This document shows positions 1 through 7,418 of a DNA stretch of 64,000 bases, in pieces. The translations under genes and the position numbers were made by a program. The stretch is taken from positions 1-64,000 of the IMG/VR virus record IMGVR_UViG_3300045988_019421; one strand, written 5' to 3'. This stretch comes from a virus. The notes under the pieces are model-generated. The model searched no databases and had not been told where the DNA came from. It worked only from the letters and a program-made list of their open reading frames with translations. Every line of letters begins with the position of its first letter. Position 1 is the stretch's first letter.

Positions 1-42
1 CTTTATGGGGGATTTAGCGAGCTTGCGAGCGTAGGCAAGTCC
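1..42 (+). repeat. M1: composite motif copy, forward, truncated by the window edge
   Basis: ctttatggggga tttagcgagcttgcgagcgtaggcaagtcc. Homologous over ~55 nt to M10. Confidence 0.85.
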
Positions 43-89
43 AGCAATACAACTATCTTTAATACGTTGGTTTTATCCAAGTACAGTTT

Positions 90-132
90 AAAAAAAAAGA
101 ACTATCAACAGTATTGCTACTATTAATAGTTC
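90..132 (-). terminator. hairpin plus T-run (minus strand)
   Basis: Stem GAACTAT (99-105) / ATAGTTC (126-132). A9 at 90-98 gives a T-run on the minus strand. The loop is large (20 nt). Confidence 0.5.
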
Positions 133-137
133 TAAAT

Positions 138-320
138 TCATTTACTTTCTTTAATATCTTTCTTTGCTCTTGCATATCCTTTGATATAACCTTCAACAAA
201 GCGATTAGTACATAATCTTCTCATATCTAAAGAACAAGGATTATAATTACACTTTCCACAATGTCTACTTAATCCGTCTGATTGATATGCTTTTACTTTA
301 ACACTTACTTTTCTTATCAT
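138..320 (-). CDS. hypothetical small basic Cys-containing protein (60 aa)
   Basis: ATG ORF in the co-directional minus-strand gene train. CGKC-x5-C pattern. A hairpin plus T-run follows at 90-132. Confidence 0.5.
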   Translation of the reverse strand: MIRKVSVKVKAYQSDGLSRHCGKCNYNPCSLDMRRLCTNRFVEGYIKGYARAKKDIKESK

Positions 321-325
321 AATAT

Positions 326-356
326 AAAAAGAGTACTAGTATTTCTACTAGTACTC
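326..356 (-). terminator. intrinsic terminator (minus strand)
   Basis: Perfect 11-bp stem GAGTACTAGTA / TACTAGTACTC with loop TTTC. A5 at 326-330 gives a T-run on the minus strand. Confidence 0.7.
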
Positions 357-383
357 ATAATGTATAACTAAAATGATTATTAC

Positions 384-500
384 TTATTCGTTCTTATACT
401 TCTTCTCTACTTCTTGTAGTTTCAGATAGATATTGTTACGAGCTTTAAGTTTTGGCAGACTAGCCGCATATCGCATAGCTTTACGAATTTGATTACGCAT
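384..500 (-). CDS. possible small basic protein (38 aa, below track cutoff)
   Basis: Hand-translated as MRNQIRKAMRYAASLPKLKARNNIYLKLQEVEKKYKNE. It fills the gap between 493..786 and the hairpin at 326-356. Its start overlaps the upstream stop. Confidence 0.2.
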   Translation of the reverse strand: MRNQIRKAMRYAASLPKLKARNNIYLKLQEVEKKYKNE

Positions 501-786
501 GAACTTCTTCTCCGACTTCATCATTTACTTCTTTAGGTTCAACATAAGGATTCCAAGTATTCATAAACTGATTAAGTTCAACTACAACTTTTTCTCGGTT
601 ATAAATATCATTATTAGCATCGGGAGTTATATCTTCAAGAACAACATGAAGAGTATTACCACCGTTCTTGTCTTGCATACGAGCTAGACTATTACACTGA
701 TATACCTTATATGGTATTTTAGGATTTACTACTTTAGAATTATTTCCATAAGTTTCTACGGATAACACATTATTTAATTTAAGCAT
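493..786 (-). CDS. hypothetical protein (97 aa)
   Basis: ORF track; co-directional; non-repetitive composition. Confidence 0.6.
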   Translation of the reverse strand: MLKLNNVLSVETYGNNSKVVNPKIPYKVYQCNSLARMQDKNGGNTLHVVLEDITPDANNDIYNREKVVVELNQFMNTWNPYVEPKEVNDEVGEEVHA

Positions 787-797
787 ACTTTTTAGTT

Positions 798-911
798 TTA
801 AATAAGTTCTTTGAAATCAACGCCAGCTCTTGTAAGACGAGAAAGAAGAGTATCAGAATAGTTTCTCATAGACGTAAGCTGACAAGCCATATCGTTTCTC
901 TCCTTCTGCAT
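798..911 (-). CDS. possible small protein (37 aa, below track cutoff)
   Basis: Hand-translated as MQKERNDMACQLTSMRNYSDTLLSRLTRAGVDFKELI. It fills an otherwise empty gap in the gene train. Confidence 0.2.
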   Translation of the reverse strand: MQKERNDMACQLTSMRNYSDTLLSRLTRAGVDFKELI

Positions 912-919
912 CAAGTTTC

Positions 920-1516
920 CTAAAGATAGGTTTTATCATTAGTAAACGCATTAAGTTTATCAATCTTACCATTAATAAACGCATTAAGTTTATCAATCTT
1001 ATCGTTAAGCTCTTCATATTCTGTAATTACTCTTTGAATATGAGGAGGATATTTACTTTCTTTAGGTTTAACATTAATGCCATATTTAGCCCATTGAAGA
1101 ACAAATCCAAGATGACTCCAAAGACTATTAACAACTTCTTCCATAGCATATTGTTTGCCAAGTTTCTTACTATAATTCTTTGGGTCAACACAAGAAGAAT
1201 GACGAACAGTATCGAAACCACTGCGAGTATGAGCATTAACAACAGTAGTCTTTTCTCCTATTGTTGTAACATCTACATTTGTGATAAAGTTCTCAACATC
1301 TTCTTTTAGAATCTTAGTACCGTCATTATTCTCTGAAAGAGGATAATACGCAGCATCAGCTACATCTTTCGGTGTCCAACTTTTATATCCATCTGGATAA
1401 GTAACTTCATAACCCATATCATCAGGATGAGCATTACCTATTTTATAACCAGTTGATAGAGCCATACTAGCTCTCATTGGTTGAAGTTCAACCATTTTAA
1501 TTCCAATTGCTTTCAT
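920..1516 (-). CDS. hypothetical protein (198 aa) with an 11-aa C-terminal tandem duplication
   Basis: Long ORF. The C-terminus reads KIDKLNAFINGKIDKLNAFTNDK, encoded by a 33-bp-period repeat at 943-1001. Confidence 0.7.
   Translation of the reverse strand: MKAIGIKMVELQPMRASMALSTGYKIGNAHPDDMGYEVTYPDGYKSWTPKDVADAAYYPLSENNDGTKILKEDVENFITNVDVTTIGEKTTVVNAHTRSGFDTVRHSSCVDPKNYSKKLGKQYAMEEVVNSLWSHLGFVLQWAKYGINVKPKESKYPPHIQRVITEYEELNDKIDKLNAFINGKIDKLNAFTNDKTYL
943..1001. repeat. in-frame tandem duplication, 33-bp period
   Basis: The 26-nt string taaacgcattaagtttatcaatctta occurs at 943-968 and 976-1001. Confidence 0.9.
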
Positions 1517-1519
1517 AAT

Positions 1520-1753
1520 TTAATCTTTTATAGCTTTAAAATTAAGAATAAAACTTTCACAACTACGACAAAACTTTTGTCGTTTATCATTAATATAGAG
1601 AAATGCGTCATACCATTCTCCATTCATAGGGTTCTTACTCTTAATCTTAGTATTAAGAATATAAATATTACCAGTTTTAATATGTTTAAACTTATATCCT
1701 TTATTCCTAAGAATTAAGATTTGAACAGTTGAAGTTAATTCAATTTCTTCCAT
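1520..1753 (-). CDS. hypothetical protein (77 aa)
   Basis: ORF track. The start overlaps the dUTPase stop by 1 nt. Confidence 0.55.
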   Translation of the reverse strand: MEEIELTSTVQILILRNKGYKFKHIKTGNIYILNTKIKSKNPMNGEWYDAFLYINDKRQKFCRSCESFILNFKAIKD

Positions 1754-2421
1754 TACTTACCAGTATGTCCAAATCCACCTGTACCACGTTCAGTAGAACC
1801 AAGTTCTTCGAGAGTTTCAACTTCATCCCAAGTAATCTTCTCACGACGACGAACAAGAAGTTGACAAATACGGTCACCTTCTTTATAAGGACAGCCTTCT
1901 ACTTCATGTAATTTATTAAATTGTAATCTTGCATTAGTAATAGAACTATAAGCATTTTCGTGTTTAACACGTGTAACAATATCGTTAAAAGCATTACCAA
2001 AAGTACTAATAATTCTAATTAATTGACGAGAAGTACGATTCTTGAAAATAACACGAAGTTCTCCTCTATAACCCCAATCAAGAGTACCAGGACTATTAGG
2101 CATATAAAAATCTGTTTTAGTATTGCTACTACGAGGACGAAGTTCCATTTCATATTCATCAGGAAGAGCAAAATGTAATCCTGTATGAATAATAAATCTA
2201 TCTCTGTCTGAATCATATTCTATGCTCTTAGCATAGACATCACAACAAGCATCTCCTTCTCTACCATAAGTAGGTAATGGAACAGATTTATCTTCACGCC
2301 ATACTTTAACAGAGACATCATCAATGTCTTGTTCTAGTTTCTCGAAAAGTTCATCTTGCGTTAATAAACCAGCGTTAAACTCAATAATAGCATTAGCTAT
2401 TGCTTTACTTAATTTACTCAT
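1753..2421 (-). CDS. dut: dUTP diphosphatase (dUTPase) with N-terminal extension
   Basis: GDACCDVYA, RPRSS, GTLDWGYRGEL and C-terminal TERGTGGFGHTGK match the trimeric dUTPase motifs. I prefer the internal ATG at 2421 (MSKLSKAI...) over the track start at 2505, because the upstream part is hydrophobic filler overlapping the next ORF. Confidence 0.85.
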   Translation of the reverse strand: MSKLSKAIANAIIEFNAGLLTQDELFEKLEQDIDDVSVKVWREDKSVPLPTYGREGDACCDVYAKSIEYDSDRDRFIIHTGLHFALPDEYEMELRPRSSNTKTDFYMPNSPGTLDWGYRGELRVIFKNRTSRQLIRIISTFGNAFNDIVTRVKHENAYSSITNARLQFNKLHEVEGCPYKEGDRICQLLVRRREKITWDEVETLEELGSTERGTGGFGHTGK

Positions 2422-2608
2422 TATAATTATTGTTTTTAAATTTATGATAAGGACAATCAGTTGGAATACTAGGTCTTCTATAACAAGAAGTAATAATAGT
2501 ATCACTACTTCTTTCTAAGCACGTATAATGTTTATAAAAACAACCTTTTTCTCTCTTTACTAAATGAATACAGTTACCACAAGTTCTGACTTTATTCTTC
2601 TTTTCCAT
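2414..2608 (-). CDS. hypothetical Cys-rich small protein (64 aa)
   Basis: CGNC ... C ... C ... C pattern; overlaps neighbouring genes by a few nt. Confidence 0.5.
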   Translation of the reverse strand: MEKKNKVRTCGNCIHLVKREKGCFYKHYTCLERSSDTIITSCYRRPSIPTDCPYHKFKNNNYNE

Positions 2609-2837
2609 ATAGATACTTTAATAAATGAACAAACCTGATTATAAATATTACAAATAGAGCGTGACCTAATATCGGAATAAAAAATAAAGCACAATTAAGA
2701 GTAACTGTACTTATTACTTCATCATCTAGTCTTTCCTTAGTAATCTTTAGTGCTATCCAAGTTATTATAATCTGAATAAAACATTCTATAACAGGGACAT
2801 TTAATAAGATTGTTTTTAACACGGTTTCTAACTCCAT
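2592..2837 (-). CDS. hypothetical membrane protein (81 aa)
   Basis: Two hydrophobic stretches (IIITWIALKI and LFFIPILGHALFVIFII). Confidence 0.5.
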   Translation of the reverse strand: MELETVLKTILLNVPVIECFIQIIITWIALKITKERLDDEVISTVTLNCALFFIPILGHALFVIFIIRFVHLLKYLYGKEE

Positions 2838-2980
2838 TCTTTACCACAATTAATACACTTAAAAGCAATTGGGTCATTTTCCTCTTCCCGTGGAACTTCT
2901 TCTAGTCTAGCACCACAATTAGGACAACGTGGAACAGTAAATAACCCAATTAGTTTCTTAATAAAATTCTTTATTCCCAT
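2828..2980 (-). CDS. possible zinc-ribbon small protein (50 aa, below track cutoff)
   Basis: Hand-translated as MGIKNFIKKLIGLFTVPRCPNCGARLEEVPREEENDPIAFKCINCGKEWS. It has a CPNC...CINC pair and fills the gap at 2838-2970. Confidence 0.4.
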   Translation of the reverse strand: MGIKNFIKKLIGLFTVPRCPNCGARLEEVPREEENDPIAFKCINCGKEWS

Positions 2981-4059
2981 ATACCAGCCAATGCGTAATT
3001 AAGAGCTTTAAGACTAGTATTATAGTCACCCTCAAATACAGTATTCTTTAAACGAAGCTCTTCTGTCTTATAGTCTTTGACATTAGAGAAGTAACCAGTA
3101 ACGGCATTATAAGCACCATAAGCAGTACCTGCTATCTGTCTTTGTCCAACACCTTCTTGATAATACTCGAAAGTATCACAAAGAGTATTTAGCTTTTGCA
3201 TAGATATTTCAGCAGCTTCAAAAGCAGAATTGTTTCTTCGGAATAAACCGTTATATAGATTCAATTCATCTACTCTTTCAAATTCTTCCCCTGTAAGGAA
3301 AGTTGCCGACAGATACTTCTTTACTTCTTCATCCGATACTTTTGTCTTAAACAACACTTTGTACATGTCTTCTTCTTCTTCTATCTTACGTTCAGTAAGA
3401 CCGAGTATTTCAGGAACAGTAAGTATCTTAGTATTAACACCTTTATTATGTCTGAAAGATATATAACTTTCAGCAGATATTTTAGCAGAATGAAGAGCGT
3501 TCATACAAATAACTCTTACAGGAGTAATCATCATTTGTACAGCACTACCGCCATCATGGCTATTAGTAAAGACAAAGTAATGTTGAATAGTATCATTAAC
3601 ACCACCAATATTAATATCCTTGTCAAAACTAGCTGACATGAATATCTTTTGTCCATAACCAAAGTAACCTGCTCTATCAAGTTTAACTCTACCACCAAGA
3701 GCATCATCGAAGAATCCGAAAGCCATTTGATTTTGTACTACTTCATAACGAGACTTTACTTTCCCAAGAGGAATATTAGAATCTGTACGATAAGTTGCAA
3801 ATTCACCAGGAACATCAACAAATTCAAACCCATTAACTACATTAGGAAATATAGAACCGTCACGACTAGTACCATTATCGTGTGCTGGCATTTTAGCAGA
3901 TAGCTGACATTTAGCAACTGTATAATCGAGTTTAGCTTTTACAATAGCTTCTTCTGTTGTCTTACAATCGCTAACATCTATACCTATTTTACCTCTCCAA
4001 GCAATTTCTTTTGCTTTGAATTTACTTCTATAACTTGAATCTCTAAAGTTAAATTCCAT
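2971..4059 (-). CDS. conserved phage protein, possibly DUF932-like (phage/plasmid-associated family)
   Basis: 362-aa ORF. The pattern YRTD..PLG.V..RYEVVQNQMAFGFFDD resembles my memory of the DUF932 family. The family assignment is unverified. Confidence 0.5.
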   Translation of the reverse strand: MEFNFRDSSYRSKFKAKEIAWRGKIGIDVSDCKTTEEAIVKAKLDYTVAKCQLSAKMPAHDNGTSRDGSIFPNVVNGFEFVDVPGEFATYRTDSNIPLGKVKSRYEVVQNQMAFGFFDDALGGRVKLDRAGYFGYGQKIFMSASFDKDINIGGVNDTIQHYFVFTNSHDGGSAVQMMITPVRVICMNALHSAKISAESYISFRHNKGVNTKILTVPEILGLTERKIEEEEDMYKVLFKTKVSDEEVKKYLSATFLTGEEFERVDELNLYNGLFRRNNSAFEAAEISMQKLNTLCDTFEYYQEGVGQRQIAGTAYGAYNAVTGYFSNVKDYKTEELRLKNTVFEGDYNTSLKALNYALAGIWE

Positions 4060-4061
4060 AA

Positions 4062-4166
4062 TTATATGTATTTACTGATTTCTATCATAGCTTGTTCACG
4101 AGTACATCCAAAGGCATTCATTATTCTTTGAATAAGTTCTTCTACCCAATCTTCTACTTCAAACAT
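4062..4166 (-). CDS. possible small protein (34 aa, below track cutoff)
   Basis: Hand-translated as MFEVEDWVEELIQRIMNAFGCTREQAMIEISKYI. It fills the gap. Confidence 0.2.
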   Translation of the reverse strand: MFEVEDWVEELIQRIMNAFGCTREQAMIEISKYI

Positions 4167-4167
4167 A

Positions 4168-4941
4168 TTACTTAATTATTAATGATGTATTACTTTCTTG
4201 TTTAGCAATAGTAAGGTCAGCATCCATACTCAAATTAGCTGCGATAATAGACTTACTAGTACAAGACTTAAATTCTACCTTATGAGGATTTTGTCCAATC
4301 CATTGAGCAAGATTAAAGTTAGTAACATTTGCAAGTTCTGATAGACGAATATGAATTGATATTTCAGTATCAATAGAGAACACATCGTCAACAGTAACAT
4401 CTACAAATGAAGATTGTTCAGATTCCTGCTCCTCTATGGGGGAACTTTCAGCTTTCATGTGAGCACTGATAATACGAGATAGATACTCAATACTAAGACT
4501 TTCCTTAATTTCAGTACTTGCTAGATATTCAGTAACTATATCCATAAAATGTCTGATAATATCAGCAATACGAACATCGTCCAACTTAGTAACAGTAGTA
4601 TTACGAGAATAGACTTTATAAGTACTACCTTCAATTACTTTATTACCGGACTTGCCCGTAGAACCAAACATTATAACTGCTTCGAGAACTGCATCTTTAA
4701 GACGTTCAAGAGTATTATTTCTTGTTTTCTTAATTTGGTTAACACGAGCAACTTCGTCACTACATTCTTTAACGTCACACTGATAACATTTAATTACTTG
4801 AAGATAATCTCCAATCTTATCTTTAAGATTATCTTCTGTAATACCTAGTTTAGCAATAATTTCTTCTGTTGCTTCACCTTCTTCGAGTTGCAAGATAATA
4901 TCCTGCAACTCTGCTTTAATACTAAATAGACTACTTCCCAT
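4168..4941 (-). CDS. hypothetical acidic protein (257 aa)
   Basis: Long ORF with a coiled-coil-like N-terminus. Contains motif copy M2 (SSPIEE). Confidence 0.7.
   Translation of the reverse strand: MGSSLFSIKAELQDIILQLEEGEATEEIIAKLGITEDNLKDKIGDYLQVIKCYQCDVKECSDEVARVNQIKKTRNNTLERLKDAVLEAVIMFGSTGKSGNKVIEGSTYKVYSRNTTVTKLDDVRIADIIRHFMDIVTEYLASTEIKESLSIEYLSRIISAHMKAESSPIEEQESEQSSFVDVTVDDVFSIDTEISIHIRLSELANVTNFNLAQWIGQNPHKVEFKSCTSKSIIAANLSMDADLTIAKQESNTSLIIK
4429..4443 (+). repeat. M2: motif copy, forward
   Basis: ctcctctatggggga. Inside the minus-strand CDS, where it is read as SSPIEE. Confidence 0.8.
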
Positions 4942-5101
4942 TATGTTTTGGTTTAAAAAACGGTTTATTTTCAGTACTATAACAATAGAAACTATTAGGA
5001 CATCTCATACTTCCATACTTTTCACAGTTAGAACATGAACGAGTAACTTCTTTATCCTTTATCTTTAATAGTTTCTTTGCTAGCTTCTTTAGGTTTTTCA
5101 T
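4931..5101 (-). CDS. possible zinc-ribbon small protein (56 aa, below track cutoff)
   Basis: Hand-translated as MKNLKKLAKKLLKIKDKEVTRSCSNCEKYGSMRCPNSFYCYSTENKPFFKPKHNGK. It overlaps both neighbours. Confidence 0.35.
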   Translation of the reverse strand: MKNLKKLAKKLLKIKDKEVTRSCSNCEKYGSMRCPNSFYCYSTENKPFFKPKHNGK

Positions 5102-5429
5102 ATTCTTCTCTAATTAATTTATTATGTTCAGAGATAGCTTTCATAATAAGCTCACGAGAATCCCAAAGACTTTCAGCACCAACGCTTAGATAATAATGTT
5201 CAAGTACTTGTTCATTAGACATATTTTGAAAGTCTTCGATACGAGGAACAGCTCTAATAACTTCATCAAACTTATTAGTAATATCGGTTAATAAGCTATA
5301 AAGTTTAGAACGAATAACCATGTTATCAGTATTGTTCTGTTTTATCCTAGCAATAAGCATAGGAATTATTTCACCGTTTTGCATTTCTATGAGTTTTCTT
5401 ATTCTTATTACGTTTACGTCTCTTAGCAA
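5052..5429 (-). CDS. hypothetical protein (125 aa; alternative start at 5384)
   Basis: ORF track. The internal ATG (MQNGEII...) would reduce the overlap with the 5371..5547 ORF. Confidence 0.6.
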   Translation of the reverse strand: MLRDVNVIRIRKLIEMQNGEIIPMLIARIKQNNTDNMVIRSKLYSLLTDITNKFDEVIRAVPRIEDFQNMSNEQVLEHYYLSVGAESLWDSRELIMKAISEHNKLIREEYEKPKEASKETIKDKG

Positions 5430-5547
5430 TAGCTTTAGAATTAGAACCTTCTTTAGTAGAACTTCCTTTGTAACTATTATTAGAAGGAAATACTAATTCA
5501 AGAGGACTATCATCAAGAAATATACTATAAGGATTATCAAATTTCAT
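5371..5547 (-). CDS. possible small protein with a very basic C-terminus (58 aa, below track cutoff)
   Basis: Translated codon by codon as MKFDNPYSIFLDDSPLELVFPSNNSYKGSSTKEGSNSKAIAKRRKRNKNKKTHRNAKR. Confidence 0.3.
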   Translation of the reverse strand: MKFDNPYSIFLDDSPLELVFPSNNSYKGSSTKEGSNSKAIAKRRKRNKNKKTHRNAKR

Positions 5548-5842
5548 CTTCTTTATCTCCTAATGATTTAATATATTTAATAGCTTCATCACGAGAATCA
5601 CACAGTTTATCTAATTCAGTACTACGCTTCCAACCATCTCCTTCATTAGTAATAACAGTAACACCATACTTACCTTTGAAGGTTATACCATTAACTTCTC
5701 TATTATAGAGTCCATGTTGATTATCTTTTTCAGAACAACTTAGCTCTATAATATGATTACCAACAGTATGATAACTATCAATAATAGGAGTAAAGAAATT
5801 AGTTCCTTTAATGACACTTTGAAAGATTTTAGCTCTATCCAT
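5537..5842 (-). CDS. hypothetical protein (101 aa)
   Basis: ORF track; co-directional. Confidence 0.6.
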   Translation of the reverse strand: MDRAKIFQSVIKGTNFFTPIIDSYHTVGNHIIELSCSEKDNQHGLYNREVNGITFKGKYGVTVITNEGDGWKRSTELDKLCDSRDEAIKYIKSLGDKEDEI

Positions 5843-5843
5843 A

Positions 5844-6122
5844 CTATTTGCTTAATAATTCGTCAAGATAAGAATCTAAGTTTTCAATAATCATATCCAG
5901 ACAATCTAATTGTTTCTTAAATAGCATTAGCTTAAAGTTACCAATATAATTATCTGTTCTACGAGTATAAGAAAGTCGACAATCTTCGTAATTGCTATTA
6001 GCTTCTATACGAGTACTTTTTAACTGATTTATAAGATTAGTAAGAATAAATACCTGTCTCTTCTTATCTTTCTTACTTATTTCAGATATAATATCTGAAA
6101 CACTTTTTATCTCATTTTCCAT
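5844..6122 (-). CDS. hypothetical protein (92 aa)
   Basis: I prefer the internal ATG (MENEIKSV...) at 6122. The track start at 6248 lies inside the upstream HNH gene and encodes hydrophobic filler. Confidence 0.55.
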   Translation of the reverse strand: MENEIKSVSDIISEISKKDKKRQVFILTNLINQLKSTRIEANSNYEDCRLSYTRRTDNYIGNFKLMLFKKQLDCLDMIIENLDSYLDELLSK

Positions 6123-6444
6123 ACTTACTTCCAGTTTGGTTTCTACACCATTCAATATTAGCATAATGATTGTTAGCACTGTTACCGTCTTTATACCTAA
6201 CATATTTATATACATTAGGTTTAGGATTAGTAACAAATGCTTGAGCAACGAGAGTAGCTATAAATAGCTTAGCACTATTACCATTGTGAAACAATGTAAC
6301 ATGAGGTCGTTCACAACCTTTACCACGATACCATTTAAGATAACGTTTACGATTATCAGACCAAACTCTTCCATCTTCTCCTATACAATAATTAGGAAAA
6401 TTAGGAATAGTAACAAATCTAACTAAATTTTTAACTTCTTCCAT
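6112..6444 (-). CDS. small HNH-type homing-endonuclease-like protein (NUMOD4-like N-terminus)
   Basis: FVTIPNFPNYCIGEDGRVWS (NUMOD4-like), then KDGNSANNHYANIEWC (HNH_3-like H-N-N core). Only 110 aa, so possibly truncated. Confidence 0.6.
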   Translation of the reverse strand: MEEVKNLVRFVTIPNFPNYCIGEDGRVWSDNRKRYLKWYRGKGCERPHVTLFHNGNSAKLFIATLVAQAFVTNPKPNVYKYVRYKDGNSANNHYANIEWCRNQTGSKYGK

Positions 6445-6709
6445 ACTTTTTATTTAAATAACGTGCACGTTGTTTAGCTTCTTCATAAGAATACACTTTC
6501 CTACGCTTAGCAAGATGGGCAAACAAATCAAGAGGAGCATAAACACCAGCAGTCCTTTTAATCTTACCATCAAGATAATTGTCGATTTTCTTAGATAGTT
6601 CTTCACGGGTTATTACAATATATATGAATCTAATATTGTTTCTATATACAACATTATCATCAGGTTGTTTAACTACTATATATTTAGCTTTTATCTGCTT
6701 TTTCTCCAT
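6431..6709 (-). CDS. hypothetical protein (92 aa)
   Basis: I prefer the internal ATG (MEKKQIKAKY...). The upstream 22 codons are hydrophobic filler. Confidence 0.55.
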   Translation of the reverse strand: MEKKQIKAKYIVVKQPDDNVVYRNNIRFIYIVITREELSKKIDNYLDGKIKRTAGVYAPLDLFAHLAKRRKVYSYEEAKQRARYLNKKYGRS

Positions 6710-6888
6710 TATCGGTTTTACAAATATAATCAATCTTATTATCAGAGCAAAGAAAATCTTACTGTTTTTCAGCATACGCAGAGAGCGATTCTAAGGCTCA
6801 CTGTTAAACGCAAGGCAAAAATAATATAGTTGTTCAGGTAAGTATAGTAAATCGTATAGAGACGAAATATCGGGCATTCTCGTTGATT

Positions 6889-6915
6889 TCCCCCCATAAA
6901 GGAGTGTCGTTACTG
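6889..6915 (-). repeat. M3: extended motif copy, reverse, intergenic
   Basis: tccccccataaaggagtgtcgttactg. Confidence 0.85.
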
Positions 6916-6952
6916 TATACTTCCGACAGTCCTCTTTGAGTATAAGCTAACG

Positions 6953-6969
6953 ATTTATCTCACAATCAG
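6953..6969. repeat. degenerate TCTCAC box, copy F
   Basis: atttatctcacaatcag in the 6776-7064 intergenic region. Confidence 0.35.
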
Positions 6970-7007
6970 AGTATATAATAAAAACATTAACTTTACAAGG
7001 GAACAAC

Positions 7008-7045
7008 AAAAAACCCTACTGCCAATCTCTCGACTAACAATAGGG
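7008..7045 (-). terminator. hairpin plus T-run (minus strand)
   Basis: On the minus strand: CCCTATTG ... CAGTAGGG (8 bp including one G-U), then TTTTTT. It lies downstream of 7065..7418. Confidence 0.55.
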
Positions 7046-7064
7046 CAAGGTATCAAACCATGAC

Positions 7065-7418
7065 TTACTTTAACAACTTATATACTACAAGTGTATCGTC
7101 CTCTTCTTCTTTTTCTAACTTAACGTTAGTATCAGATGTAACACGAAGGCTTCGTATTATATCAGAAGCATTAACAGAATAATAACCATAATCTGAAACA
7201 GATACATTTCGGCATTGACCTTGAATATCTTCTGTAAGAAAACCTAGATATATTGATTCTTGTCCTTCCACTGGGTTGAACTTAACCATTAATAACATCT
7301 TTAGTTTATCTTTCAGATGTATGTCTTTTATTATCAGTTTCTTCTTCTTATAGTCTATATAAGATTTATTATAATTAACTTTCTTCTTCGATATTATTTG
7401 GTAATCCAGTAGGCTCAT
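7065..7418 (-). CDS. hypothetical protein (117 aa; alternative start at 7298)
   Basis: ORF track. It overlaps the ligase 3' end by 44 nt if the long form is used. Confidence 0.55.
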   Translation of the reverse strand: MSLLDYQIISKKKVNYNKSYIDYKKKKLIIKDIHLKDKLKMLLMVKFNPVEGQESIYLGFLTEDIQGQCRNVSVSDYGYYSVNASDIIRSLRVTSDTNVKLEKEEEDDTLVVYKLLK

